Shown: positions 34,811 to 43,819 of the stretch, piece by piece
Layout: each line of letters begins with the position of its first letter
Numbering within the stretch: position 1 is the first letter of the stretch
Virus record (IMG/VR): IMGVR_UViG_3300045988_171124
Source: a virus
DNA length: 64,000 nucleotides
Reading direction: 5' to 3' (one strand)
Position numbers and translations under genes: made by a program
The notes under the pieces: generated by a model
Databases searched by the model: none
The model's input: only the letters and a program-made list of their open reading frames with translations
Told to the model about the DNA's origin: nothing

Positions 34811-35833
34811 ATGACAGGTAGAATGGAGATAGAAGTCAAATATACAAACAATATAGATCGGCTCCTAAAAAATGAGCCAGAATATATGGATCTGTTTAAT
34901 GTGTTTATGATCGCAGATGATAAAACGGTAAAGACAAGATTAAACTACATTAACAATGTAGTAAGGTTTATACATTATCTAAAAGATTCTGGATATCCAA
35001 CGGAAACTATAGATGATATTGGAAAATTAAATGTAGAAACTATAAGAAAATATATTGTAGACGATGATAATCGTGTAATTATAGATAATGGAAGAATTTC
35101 TGATTCTTATAAGTACATTAGATATTTTTCTTTAAATTGCTTTTTTAAGTTTTTGGAAGATGGGGATCATATTAATAAAAATCCAATGAGAAAAATTAAA
35201 ACTCCAAGCAATAAAAGAATGAAGAAAAAAGTATATTTGGATGTTAATGAAGTAAGGGAAATTGAGAAAAATGTGTCTTCTGGAAATACTAAAAGAAGCA
35301 AATCATATCTTTCTCAGTGGCATGAGAGAGATGAGGCTATAATTAATCTTGGATTCCATAAGGCACTACGAGTTTCTGCGATAATCTCAATTAATCTTGA
35401 AGATATTAACTGGGAAGGTAAATCTTTAAGTGTTATTGAAAAAGGAAATGACCCACGGCATATTCATCTCAGTGACGGTACAATCAAAATACTTCAGTGT
35501 TGGGTCCAGAAGCGAAATGAATATACTAAAGTAAATGGAGTGGAAAGTCCTGCATTATTTATTTCAAACAAATCTGGCAGAATTTCACAAAAAACAGTTG
35601 GAAGGATATTAAGATCATATGCCGGTGACATCAATAAAGAAAAAAGAATTGTACCACATACAATGCGAAGCTCTACCGGCACGAATTATTATTTAAAAAC
35701 CGGAAATGCTAGAGCTGTGCAACAGTTACTTGGACAAAAGAGTTTAGCAGCAACACAGAAATATTTGGATGATACAGTTCAGCAGAGAAGAGAAATTACT
35801 GATGCAGTAGAAGATTTATATGGGGATGATTAA
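34811..35833 (+). CDS. tyrosine recombinase / phage integrase family
   Basis: Track ORF trimmed to ATG 34811. N-terminal SAM-like domain plus catalytic region: ALRVSAI (Arg), HTMRSSTGT (His-x-x-Arg), LLGQKSLAATQKYLD (Gln where His/Trp is usual, then the catalytic Tyr). Confidence 0.85.
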   Translation: MTGRMEIEVKYTNNIDRLLKNEPEYMDLFNVFMIADDKTVKTRLNYINNVVRFIHYLKDSGYPTETIDDIGKLNVETIRKYIVDDDNRVIIDNGRISDSYKYIRYFSLNCFFKFLEDGDHINKNPMRKIKTPSNKRMKKKVYLDVNEVREIEKNVSSGNTKRSKSYLSQWHERDEAIINLGFHKALRVSAIISINLEDINWEGKSLSVIEKGNDPRHIHLSDGTIKILQCWVQKRNEYTKVNGVESPALFISNKSGRISQKTVGRILRSYAGDINKEKRIVPHTMRSSTGTNYYLKTGNARAVQQLLGQKSLAATQKYLDDTVQQRREITDAVEDLYGDD

Positions 35834-36052
35834 ATGAATAAAAGTTTAGATGATATATTAAGAAATAAGGGAGACTTGAAGCCACGCCAGGTTGAGAAGA
35901 TATTTAATGCAAATGGATGGTACATAGTCAGAACAAATAATCATAATATATATAAGAAGGAAGGCAGATCGGAGCTGGTAATAGCTCCGATTGGTAATAT
36001 GAATTGGAAAACATTTCGTGATACTTGCAAGAGATGCGGTATGGCAATGTAA
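35834..36052 (+). CDS. HicA-like protein
   Basis: 72 aa starting 1 nt after the integrase stop. KPRQVEKIFNANGWYIVRTNNHNIYKKEGRSELVIAPIGNMNWKTFRDTCKRCGM resembles HicA but lacks the GSH triplet. Confidence 0.4.
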   Translation: MNKSLDDILRNKGDLKPRQVEKIFNANGWYIVRTNNHNIYKKEGRSELVIAPIGNMNWKTFRDTCKRCGMAM

Positions 36053-36126
36053 TGTAATTTATGGTATGATTAAAATAATTTAAATTTGTAAAATTGCAAA
36101 ATCAACGTTTTAAGGAAGGTGTTTAA

Positions 36127-36488
36127 ATGAATTACGAACAGTACGATAGATATGTTTTTACGCAAAAAATCTCGATAAGTATTTAGAAGAATTCAACAAA
36201 GATATAGAACGGCAGAAACAGGAAATTATAGAATTCGAAAAACGTGCAAAAGAAAGAATCAATTTAATTGATAACTGGGAACAACAGAAGAATTTTATAA
36301 TATTAGGAAGTGCATACAAAAATGGAAAGACAAAGGTGATATTTTTAATAAAAAGATATCCGGATCAATCACAGAGAGACGAAAGATATGAGTTCAATAA
36401 AATTGCTGACATGAGAAAGAAAATGATAGAACTTGAAGAGAAATATTCAGATTCCGATTGGTCAAATTTTGTAAGGGAGATTGAATGA
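36127..36488 (+). pseudogene. hypothetical gene split by a -1 frameshift in an A6 run
   Basis: ATG 36127 (AAGGAAGG SD) reads MNYEQYDRYVFTQK then hits TAG after 5 more codons. The -1 frame from the A-run 36164-36169 reads NLDKYLEEFNKDIERQKQEIIEFEKRAKE... to TGA 36486-36488, which overlaps the next start as ATGA. That frame has no start codon of its own. Confidence 0.55.
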
Positions 36489-36718
36489 AAAAAATAGAAT
36501 TGTCAGATGTGCAAAAATTATATAATGGAACAAAAGTGTATGTTGAATGTGTTGGAGCAGAATGGTATTTTTCAGATAAGGAAAAATATAAAACGTGGAA
36601 TGTAAAACAAGAAGATGGACTTCATTATGAAATCGAAACTAAAGACAACACTATAAGCTTTCCATATGATTTTGACTATAATGGATATAATATGGAAATT
36701 GCCTGTTATATTGAATAA
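36485..36718 (+). CDS. hypothetical protein
   Basis: Track ORF; AGGGAGA SD; ATGA coupling to the upstream frame. Confidence 0.65.
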   Translation: MKKIELSDVQKLYNGTKVYVECVGAEWYFSDKEKYKTWNVKQEDGLHYEIETKDNTISFPYDFDYNGYNMEIACYIE

Positions 36719-36750
36719 ATATAAAATTTAACTTTTACAGAGGTAGAAAT

Positions 36751-37356
36751 ATGGAATCGGAATTATTAAAATTGAAAAATAATTATGAATTTTGGGATTT
36801 GTTTTTTAAATTAGATAATAACGAAGAGATTTCTTTTAATGATTTAGAATATTTGATTTGGTCGATTATAAAACTGAAGTATGAAAATTTAAATAATGAT
36901 GAAAAAATTGAACTAAAAAAAAGTATTGTAGAAAACAGAATGATACATTGTATTCAAAAATTCGAGCAATATTTTAATAAAAATTATATTAACGGTCTTA
37001 TAAAAGAAAGTAAATATAGAGAGTGGTTTAAGTTAGAAGGAAGCCATATTATTGATTCATATTATTTTATTGATCCTGTTAATAGATATTTGAAAAAAAT
37101 ATTATTTGAACAGTTATTTGAGCATACAGAAGTAAGCGATGGTGGAAATAAAGATTTTTCAGAAATAGGTATAGATGACTTTGGTACTAGATTTTGTGTT
37201 AATTATGGCGTGTCTGAAGATAAAATAAGTTTAGCACAAGATTATGTTTATGAATATATGGAAAATGTAAAAGAAAATATAAAGAAAACAAATATTGCTG
37301 GCAAATTAATTAATGCAAATGAAAATCAAAAGTATATACAAGATAGTATTTTATAA
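36751..37356 (+). CDS. hypothetical protein
   Basis: Track ORF; CAGAGGT SD. Confidence 0.65.
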   Translation: MESELLKLKNNYEFWDLFFKLDNNEEISFNDLEYLIWSIIKLKYENLNNDEKIELKKSIVENRMIHCIQKFEQYFNKNYINGLIKESKYREWFKLEGSHIIDSYYFIDPVNRYLKKILFEQLFEHTEVSDGGNKDFSEIGIDDFGTRFCVNYGVSEDKISLAQDYVYEYMENVKENIKKTNIAGKLINANENQKYIQDSIL

Positions 37357-37374
37357 CTTCTATGGAGGTAGAAA

Positions 37375-37626
37375 ATGTATTTAAAGTCAAATAGGGCTGG
37401 TGTCGTTGTAGAACGAATTGGAAGCAAAAGACAGCACAAATATAAACTTACAGAAAAGTCAATCACAATGGTTTCTGCAGGAACATTGGTTATACCGGTA
37501 CATTTTCTTAGCGACAACTTTCAATTGTATAACCAAAATTGTAATGAGTTAATACAGCCAGAAGGGAACTTTTGGATTACTGCTGAGACCATTGATCCGT
37601 ATCATGTGGTAATTGATATGTTTTAA
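37375..37626 (+). CDS. hypothetical protein
   Basis: Track ORF; TGGAGGT SD. Confidence 0.6.
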   Translation: MYLKSNRAGVVVERIGSKRQHKYKLTEKSITMVSAGTLVIPVHFLSDNFQLYNQNCNELIQPEGNFWITAETIDPYHVVIDMF

Positions 37627-37637
37627 GGAGATATAAA

Positions 37638-37817
37638 ATGATAGACGAATATGGAAGAATCAATACAAAATCTCAAGCTATAAGGGAATTTAAAACAGAG
37701 CAAATGGCTTATCTATTAAATGACATAAATATAAATCCAGAGAAATATCCAAGTAATTATGAAGATTGGCTTAAATGGCTAGATGAAGTTAGTGGAGACT
37801 CTGTGGAAAAATTATAA
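37638..37817 (+). CDS. small hypothetical protein (59 aa)
   Basis: Not in track. ATG 37638 after TAAGGAGA. MIDEYGRINTKSQAIREFKTEQ... Confidence 0.55.
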   Translation: MIDEYGRINTKSQAIREFKTEQMAYLLNDININPEKYPSNYEDWLKWLDEVSGDSVEKL

Positions 37818-37848
37818 TATAAAATGACGATTTGAAGGGAGATATAAG

Positions 37849-38073
37849 ATGGCAAGATTAAAATGGAACATAGTTCACGAGTGTGACGATGACAACGGAA
37901 ATCCAACTCAATGGGCTGCTGAAATAAATCATCCGGATTATGGAAGATTCGTTTGGATCGACGATGAAGGTGAGAAGTTTGGAGTATACAGTGGAAAGAA
38001 CTGTAATACAAAATTGGCGGAATGTAAATCTCTTGCAAGTGCGAAGAGATGGGTTGCGACATATATATTTTGA
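37849..38073 (+). CDS. hypothetical protein
   Basis: Track ORF; GAAGGGAGA SD. Confidence 0.65.
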   Translation: MARLKWNIVHECDDDNGNPTQWAAEINHPDYGRFVWIDDEGEKFGVYSGKNCNTKLAECKSLASAKRWVATYIF

Positions 38074-38086
38074 ACGGAGGCGACAT

Positions 38087-38350
38087 ATGAGAACATTATA
38101 TGATGAATACACATCTGGCATATTAGCAGAATATGCATATTGCATTCAGTTAGGGCATGATATGCATATTGGAGACACATATCCTATTGGTAAAATTTGG
38201 AATGGCGTTGGAAACATTTCTGAAATTTTAAGAAACCGAAAAATTTCAGTAGAAGATGAGGACGGAGAAATATATACATTGTTTTTTAGAATTATCAAGA
38301 AAAAATCGCAAATATTAAGAACTACGGTAGAAATTATTGATGCAGATTGA
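38087..38350 (+). CDS. hypothetical protein
   Basis: Track ORF 37940..38350 trimmed to ATG 38087 after ACGGAGG. Confidence 0.6.
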   Translation: MRTLYDEYTSGILAEYAYCIQLGHDMHIGDTYPIGKIWNGVGNISEILRNRKISVEDEDGEIYTLFFRIIKKKSQILRTTVEIIDAD

Positions 38351-38386
38351 TTAATAAAACAGATATTTAATCGGAGGTATTAGTTC

Positions 38387-38983
38387 GTGAAAGCAGAATA
38401 CTTAGAACAGCTGATGACTATATACGATAAATGCATAGTTGAAAAGAACAAGTTAACCGAGAAAGATAAAGAAAATATTTTATTAGCAGTCGTTGATGGG
38501 CTTTTGCCGGCAGAAGATAAATATGAAATTTATCTTTTTAAAATGAAATGTGAAGCTCACAAAGTATTTAATGAATTTCATAAGTGGTGCATGAGTGGAA
38601 AACCTGTCAGAACATTTGAGGAATATGAAAATTTTTATAAAAATACACTAAATAATATATTTGTTTATCAAGTGTATGAAATAATATATGATGTGTTTCA
38701 TCCTATTGTAATAAAAAAGAATTTTACATATTTGGATAAACATAATAATAATGTGATTTTCAATGATGAATTTATAATGGCTGCCCTTAAAAGTGAATTA
38801 TATAAAAAAATGGTATTTAAAGAACAGGTAGAAACCATAGATTGGGAACGTAAATACTCACCAGATGAAAGTAAATTTAGGTTTGCAACGTTAGTGTCTT
38901 ATAATGAATATGGCGACCCATTTATATATAATGAACCTGAATATCACCTGTATTCTGATAAAAAAGACAGAATACTATTTTAA
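38387..38983 (+). CDS. hypothetical protein
   Basis: Track ORF; GTG start 8 nt after CGGAGGT. Confidence 0.65.
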   Translation: MKAEYLEQLMTIYDKCIVEKNKLTEKDKENILLAVVDGLLPAEDKYEIYLFKMKCEAHKVFNEFHKWCMSGKPVRTFEEYENFYKNTLNNIFVYQVYEIIYDVFHPIVIKKNFTYLDKHNNNVIFNDEFIMAALKSELYKKMVFKEQVETIDWERKYSPDESKFRFATLVSYNEYGDPFIYNEPEYHLYSDKKDRILF

Positions 38984-39004
38984 CAGAGCAAAGGAGATAA
39001 CGCT

Positions 39005-39250
39005 ATGGAAGAGCCACCAATAAGGCAAACAAAATATGAATATGAATATGGACTTTGCAAGCGAATGCATTATAGAGGACTATGGTTGGTTCAGTATGAC
39101 GGTTATCCTGGTGAAATGAAGAAGACAAAAATGGCTTGTTCTTGTGTACAAGATGGTTGTGATAAGGATTGTGCAGTAATGGAAACGGCAGATGAAGTAA
39201 TTCCAATTGATTGGGAATGGCACATGCTGGATAAACCACCGATTGGATGA
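39005..39250 (+). CDS. hypothetical Cys-rich protein
   Basis: Track ORF; AAAGGAGA SD. Confidence 0.6.
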   Translation: MEEPPIRQTKYEYEYGLCKRMHYRGLWLVQYDGYPGEMKKTKMACSCVQDGCDKDCAVMETADEVIPIDWEWHMLDKPPIG

Positions 39251-39273
39251 GACTTGATAAAGGAGAGGAAATT

Positions 39274-39573
39274 ATGAGTTACTATAATACAATTAGGTTG
39301 TTAAAAGGAACGGCATTCCTTACGACAAGGGAATATAAAAATTTTGAGCCTGGTGATACAATATGGGGAAATGATTCTGATGCAGAAGAGATTTCTCGAT
39401 GGAATGAAGATGAGAAAGAAAAGGCTTTAGATGCATTGAAAAAATACAAATGCAGTTATCAAGAATCGAATGGAATGTATGATATTGAAGAATATGCATT
39501 AGAGTATTTTGATTCAGATGAAGATGGAGAGTTTGTTGCAGGATCTGATTATGATATTGCAGAAACAGAATGA
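39274..39573 (+). CDS. hypothetical acidic protein
   Basis: Track ORF trimmed to ATG 39274 after AAAGGAGAGGA. Confidence 0.6.
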   Translation: MSYYNTIRLLKGTAFLTTREYKNFEPGDTIWGNDSDAEEISRWNEDEKEKALDALKKYKCSYQESNGMYDIEEYALEYFDSDEDGEFVAGSDYDIAETE

Positions 39574-39592
39574 AAATATAATGATTATACTT

Positions 39593-39620
39593 AGACATCA
39601 CATTATGTGGTGTCTTTTTT
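39593..39620 (+). terminator. rho-independent terminator
   Basis: AGACATCAC (39593-39601) pairs with GTGGTGTCT (39607-39615; one G-U), then TTTTT. Confidence 0.7.
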
Positions 39621-39649
39621 ATACTAAAAACGAAAGGAAGTGAGAAGTA

Positions 39650-40090
39650 GTGGACGAATACAAACAGTTTGATATTGTTTACGCTGATCTTTCTAGTAAA
39701 GGAACCATAGGATCTGAGCAGAAAGGTATACGACCTGTGATAATCATTCAAAATGATACCGGCAACATTCACAGTCCAACTGTTCTTGTAATGGCGCTTA
39801 CAAAGGAACTTAAGAAAGCAAATCAGCCAACCCATTACATAATTAGGAAGAATAATGCGAATGGGTTGAAATTTGATTCGATGGTATTAGGGGAGACTAT
39901 TACACAGATCTCAAAGCAGCGTATTAAACAGAAAATTGGTGTAGTAGATAATACCGCAGATAAAGATGGAATTATTGGAACATATATGGCTAATCTTACT
40001 GGAAAAAGTAGATATGGAAATCCATTATGGACCAAGATTACACAGCTTTTCTGTAAATTGGTTAAGGAGGGGCAAATATGTGCGAATTGA
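39650..40090 (+). CDS. mazF: MazF/PemK-family endoribonuclease toxin
   Basis: 146 aa; GTG start after AAAGGAAG. FDIVYADLS...GSEQKGIRPVIIIQNDTGN...PTVLVMALTKE...THYIIRKNNANGLKFDSMVLGETITQISKQRI matches the MazF/PemK pattern. No MazE-like gene is evident upstream. Confidence 0.8.
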   Translation: MDEYKQFDIVYADLSSKGTIGSEQKGIRPVIIIQNDTGNIHSPTVLVMALTKELKKANQPTHYIIRKNNANGLKFDSMVLGETITQISKQRIKQKIGVVDNTADKDGIIGTYMANLTGKSRYGNPLWTKITQLFCKLVKEGQICAN

Positions 40091-40338
40091 ATAAGGTGGA
40101 GGCAATGGAACTTATAAAAGGGATTGTAGGAAGTAAAGTTTGTGCAATGTACTATAACAAGAAGAAAGGTATATCTTCAAAATCTAAGAAAATTGGCAAG
40201 AGGAGGGTGGAGAAAAATATTCAGAATGCAAAGACTATTACTTATAGCGGTTCTGAATATATCAGGAAGATAGAGCTTCATGGAATCAAAGGGAAATTCA
40301 AATTTTCTCCATGCAGCTCTATTGTTATTCTGTTCTGA
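40078..40338 (+). CDS. questionable basic ORF overlapping the mazF end
   Basis: Track ORF, 86 aa, no clear SD. Kept only because of its position after an antitoxin-less toxin. Confidence 0.3.
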   Translation: MCELNKVEAMELIKGIVGSKVCAMYYNKKKGISSKSKKIGKRRVEKNIQNAKTITYSGSEYIRKIELHGIKGKFKFSPCSSIVILF

Positions 40339-40760
40339 TCGAAAAAAATCGAACAAAAGTTCGAAAATGTTAAATTATACCTTTTTATTGGTACGATAAA
40401 GTGGTATAATCAAATACATAAAAGAACAAATGTTCTGATTTTTAATCGACATTGATCTTATAAAGAAAAATGCCCTACCAGCAGAAAGTTTGGCGACCGT
40501 CGGCTGATAGGACAGGGTTTTCTGTACCCACGGATGGATACATACATATTATGTAGCAATTCAATGGAAATGTCAATATTTTCCAATTCTAATCTCTTGC
40601 CATTCTGTAAGAGAAATTCCGTGAGTATAACTGTATATTAAATATGCTATTTGCTAAAAATGGAATTGTTATCTTTTTAAGAATAATTTCATTCTCTTTT
40701 TAGAAGCAAATGGTGTATTTAGTATACGAAAATTTAAAATATAAAGGGAGAATGAAAATT

Positions 40761-41429
40761 ATGGGATCAGAGAAATGGAGCAAGAATGAGAAACTTACAG
40801 AAGATGAGGTAAATAACATAGTTGACTTTTTCTACAAAGACAAGAGAAAGGAACTTAAAAAAATTTGCAACCAGATACTTCATATAATTTGGAATGATAT
40901 TCCAGATTATTACAGAGATGATTTTGAATCTTTGGCAGGATATATTATTACATTTTGCTTAGAATCTTATGATCCAACTACTGGTCCATTTAGAGCGTAT
41001 GTATATCCATATATGCAAAAGAAATTTATCAGTTATATTTATGGAATTAATTCTCTTAAACGTGGTGGTGATGGAAATTGGGATTCTGAAAAACGTGATG
41101 AAAATGGTAAGAAAATTAAGAAAAGCGTGAAAGTAAAATTTGTCAATATAGATGACAAGGTAAAGGAAGATTCAGACTCTACATATGCAGATATTATCAA
41201 AGGTGGTAAATCTGTTGAAGAAATTATTTTTGAGGATAAAAAAGATTCAAAACTAGAAGCATGTATTAACAAGCTTAATAAAACACAAAAGAAAATAGTT
41301 TCTCTGATGATTGATGGCTACAAGCCGAACGAGATTCAAGAGGAATTGCAACTTACTAACAAACAGTACTTTGATTATGTAACCGACATGAGAACTTCAG
41401 AATTTAGATTAGCATTGGAGGAAGACTAA
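40761..41429 (+). CDS. sigma-70-family (ECF/phage-type) RNA polymerase sigma factor
   Basis: Track ORF trimmed to ATG 40761, 9 nt after AAGGGAGA. Region-2-like YYRDDFESLAGYIITFCLESYDP...FRAYVYPYMQKKFISYIY and region-4-like LNKTQKKIVSLMIDGYKPNEIQEELQLTNKQYFDYVTDMR. Confidence 0.7.
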   Translation: MGSEKWSKNEKLTEDEVNNIVDFFYKDKRKELKKICNQILHIIWNDIPDYYRDDFESLAGYIITFCLESYDPTTGPFRAYVYPYMQKKFISYIYGINSLKRGGDGNWDSEKRDENGKKIKKSVKVKFVNIDDKVKEDSDSTYADIIKGGKSVEEIIFEDKKDSKLEACINKLNKTQKKIVSLMIDGYKPNEIQEELQLTNKQYFDYVTDMRTSEFRLALEED

Positions 41430-41431
41430 TT

Positions 41432-43033
41432 ATGTTATGCATCAGACCAAACAAAAACGAAAAGATGGTAAGAGACCAGAAGTTTCTTAAAACTCTTCTT
41501 GGTAAGTTGGATAGAGGTGAAATTAGAAGAGACTTTTGGCTGCAGAGAAAATCTACTCAGTGGAATAATCAGATTCGTGACCAGGCAATTGTAACAACTG
41601 TACAGGGTGAAGATATTGATCCAGTAAAAATCTGTGAAGAAATTCGAGAAGGCAAATCATCTCAAAAGTGGATTGTAGATGGTGGAAACAGATTTGAAAC
41701 ATGGAATAATTTCTATAATAATGTGTTTGCTCTTGGGAAAAATCTTGAAAATTACATTGTTCCATACGAGTCAACAAAAAAGGATGAAAACGGAAATGTA
41801 GTTAAAGATGAAGATGGCTATCCAATTATGGAAGAGCTTGAGTTTGATCTTCGTGGAAAACGCTATAAAGATCTTCCTATGGAGCTTAAGGAAAGATTTA
41901 ATAACTACAAAGTAATTTATGTAGAGCATTCAAACTGTACAGAAAGTAGAATGGGGTATCATATTCGAAGATATAACAACCAGAAGAGTATGAATAAAAA
42001 TCAGAAATCCGTTACATATATGGAGCAGACTGCAAAATGGACAAAGGAAATTATGAATTCCAATCCATTCTTTAAAGAGCTTCCGTGTTATCATGGAGCT
42101 TCTGAAAAGAACAGTGATCCAGAGAGAGTAATGCTTGATACTGTAATGATTATCTTTTTTAAAGATGAATGGAAAAGTAATGCAGAGAAAAATGCTTTAT
42201 ATGTGGAAACAAATGGAGAAAAAGAGCAGTTTAATCTCCTTGATAACTATCTTGGAAGAATGTATGCATTAGTTGAAGACAACGATGAACTTTCAAAACT
42301 TTTTGAGAAAAAAGATGCGCCAATGTGGATTGCTTTATTCGATAAATTCTCAAAACTTGAAATGGATGATTCTAAGTTTAAAAAGTTTTTAGAGGCATTT
42401 GTTGGTGGGTTAAGAGAAACTAAAATTAATGGAGAATCTTTCGCTGAAATTAAGGGAAATAAATCTACAAAGAACAGAAATACAATCTTTGGAAAATTAG
42501 AGTATCTTGAATCTCTTATGATGGATTTCTTCTCTATTAATAAGGAAGATATTGTTGAATCTTTTGAGACAACTGACAGATTTGATGCATTTGCAACAAA
42601 ATTTGAGAACACAGAGTTAATGGAAGCACTTGGAATCCCAATGGGAAGTGATATTGATCGCATTGCTGCACAGACACTTATGACAGTATGTGGAAAGACA
42701 GATTTTTCTGATAAGACAATTCAGGAATTTATCACAGCTGACGAGTATACAGAAGACAATATTGAAGATGCAGATCTGTACCTGGATGAAGTGAACGAAT
42801 GGAGTTTGGAGCTTCCAGCTGGTACTACACTTCTCAAGGCAAAATACGTTCCTGCAATGGTAGGATTCGTAAAATATACATATGATAACGATACAAATAC
42901 AGATGCTCTTAATTGGTTTAAAGATTATGCTTTCCAGTGTACAAAACCAGAGAACGATGTTCAGAAACTTCTCAACGATATGAAGGAAGATTTTAATTCA
43001 TATTTGACATACAAAGAAAATAAGACAGCGTAA
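41432..43033 (+). CDS. DUF262-type ParB-like NTPase/nuclease-superfamily protein
   Basis: 533 aa, starting 2 nt after the sigma gene. N-terminal WLQRKSTQWNNQIRDQAIVT...KWIVDGGNRFETWNNFY matches the DUF262 DGxQR-type motif. No DUF1524/HNH-like C-terminus seen. Confidence 0.55.
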   Translation: MLCIRPNKNEKMVRDQKFLKTLLGKLDRGEIRRDFWLQRKSTQWNNQIRDQAIVTTVQGEDIDPVKICEEIREGKSSQKWIVDGGNRFETWNNFYNNVFALGKNLENYIVPYESTKKDENGNVVKDEDGYPIMEELEFDLRGKRYKDLPMELKERFNNYKVIYVEHSNCTESRMGYHIRRYNNQKSMNKNQKSVTYMEQTAKWTKEIMNSNPFFKELPCYHGASEKNSDPERVMLDTVMIIFFKDEWKSNAEKNALYVETNGEKEQFNLLDNYLGRMYALVEDNDELSKLFEKKDAPMWIALFDKFSKLEMDDSKFKKFLEAFVGGLRETKINGESFAEIKGNKSTKNRNTIFGKLEYLESLMMDFFSINKEDIVESFETTDRFDAFATKFENTELMEALGIPMGSDIDRIAAQTLMTVCGKTDFSDKTIQEFITADEYTEDNIEDADLYLDEVNEWSLELPAGTTLLKAKYVPAMVGFVKYTYDNDTNTDALNWFKDYAFQCTKPENDVQKLLNDMKEDFNSYLTYKENKTA

Positions 43034-43050
43034 GGCAGGTGGTGATAAAT

Positions 43051-43263
43051 ATGGCTATATTTTGTAGACATCCAAAAAGTGTAATTGTCGCAAAATCTAA
43101 CGTAATTCAGTTTGATCAAAGTGGATTTCCTATGAGACTGGAGACTATGGAGTGTTTGGTTTGCGGCAAAAGATATTATGCTTGGAATTATATTAAGAAA
43201 AGTGAACTTGATGAACTGAGCACAGGAAAATCTGTGCTCTGTAAATGGGAGAACGTGGAATGA
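43051..43263 (+). CDS. hypothetical zinc-ribbon protein
   Basis: Track ORF trimmed to ATG 43051 after AGGTGGTGA. Contains CRH...CLVCGK. Confidence 0.6.
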   Translation: MAIFCRHPKSVIVAKSNVIQFDQSGFPMRLETMECLVCGKRYYAWNYIKKSELDELSTGKSVLCKWENVE

Positions 43264-43277
43264 TTTGAGGTGATTTT

Positions 43278-43688
43278 ATGATTATTATATGTCTATTGAT
43301 TATTATATTATGTACAACATTTACACTTCTGGGAACTATAGATGATATAAGTAGTAAATGGGTATTCCCTATTTGTGTTATTGGATTTGCCATATCAATT
43401 GTAGGAATGATTATTTGTGTACCTGATATGATAATTACACATTGTAATACAAATAAAAAAATTTATACAAAACAACTTGAATATGAATCACTTGTAAAAC
43501 AATGTCAGACTGTTTCAAGTAATTATGAGGACGTTTCAAAGGCAAACGTAATCCAAAAAGTATACGAATGGAACGTAGAAGTATATGATGAAAAATATTG
43601 GGGAAATAACATTTGGACAAATTGGTTTTTTAACAAAAAAGTCGTAGATTCATTAGAATATATTAATTTGGAAGATTATGGATTATAA
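43278..43688 (+). CDS. membrane protein
   Basis: Track ORF; TGAGGTGA SD. Two N-terminal hydrophobic helices. Confidence 0.65.
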   Translation: MIIICLLIIILCTTFTLLGTIDDISSKWVFPICVIGFAISIVGMIICVPDMIITHCNTNKKIYTKQLEYESLVKQCQTVSSNYEDVSKANVIQKVYEWNVEVYDEKYWGNNIWTNWFFNKKVVDSLEYINLEDYGL

Positions 43689-43705
43689 GATAAAAGGAGA
43701 ATTTT

Positions 43706-43819
43706 ATGGCGGAGTGTTATGGATGTTCATACACAGAAAAAGTACAACGGAAATTTGGAATAATAACACACTGTAATCTGGAGCCAACATATATGGGCGT
43801 AAGTTATTTTTGCCCTTAA
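43706..43819 (+). CDS. small Cys-containing ORF (37 aa; TAA followed by 36 open in-frame codons)
   Basis: Not in track. ATG 43706 after AAAGGAGA. See the finding at 43817-43930. Confidence 0.4.
   Translation: MAECYGCSYTEKVQRKFGIITHCNLEPTYMGVSYFCP

Noticed and set aside
39320-39835. 171-aa reverse-strand ORF
   Set aside because: It spans a + strand gene, a terminator hairpin and the mazF start, with junk-like composition. The same reasoning rejects 27735..28112, 42247..42663, 46920..47270, 14655..14984, 25827..26147, 57305..57655 and the other antisense track ORFs.
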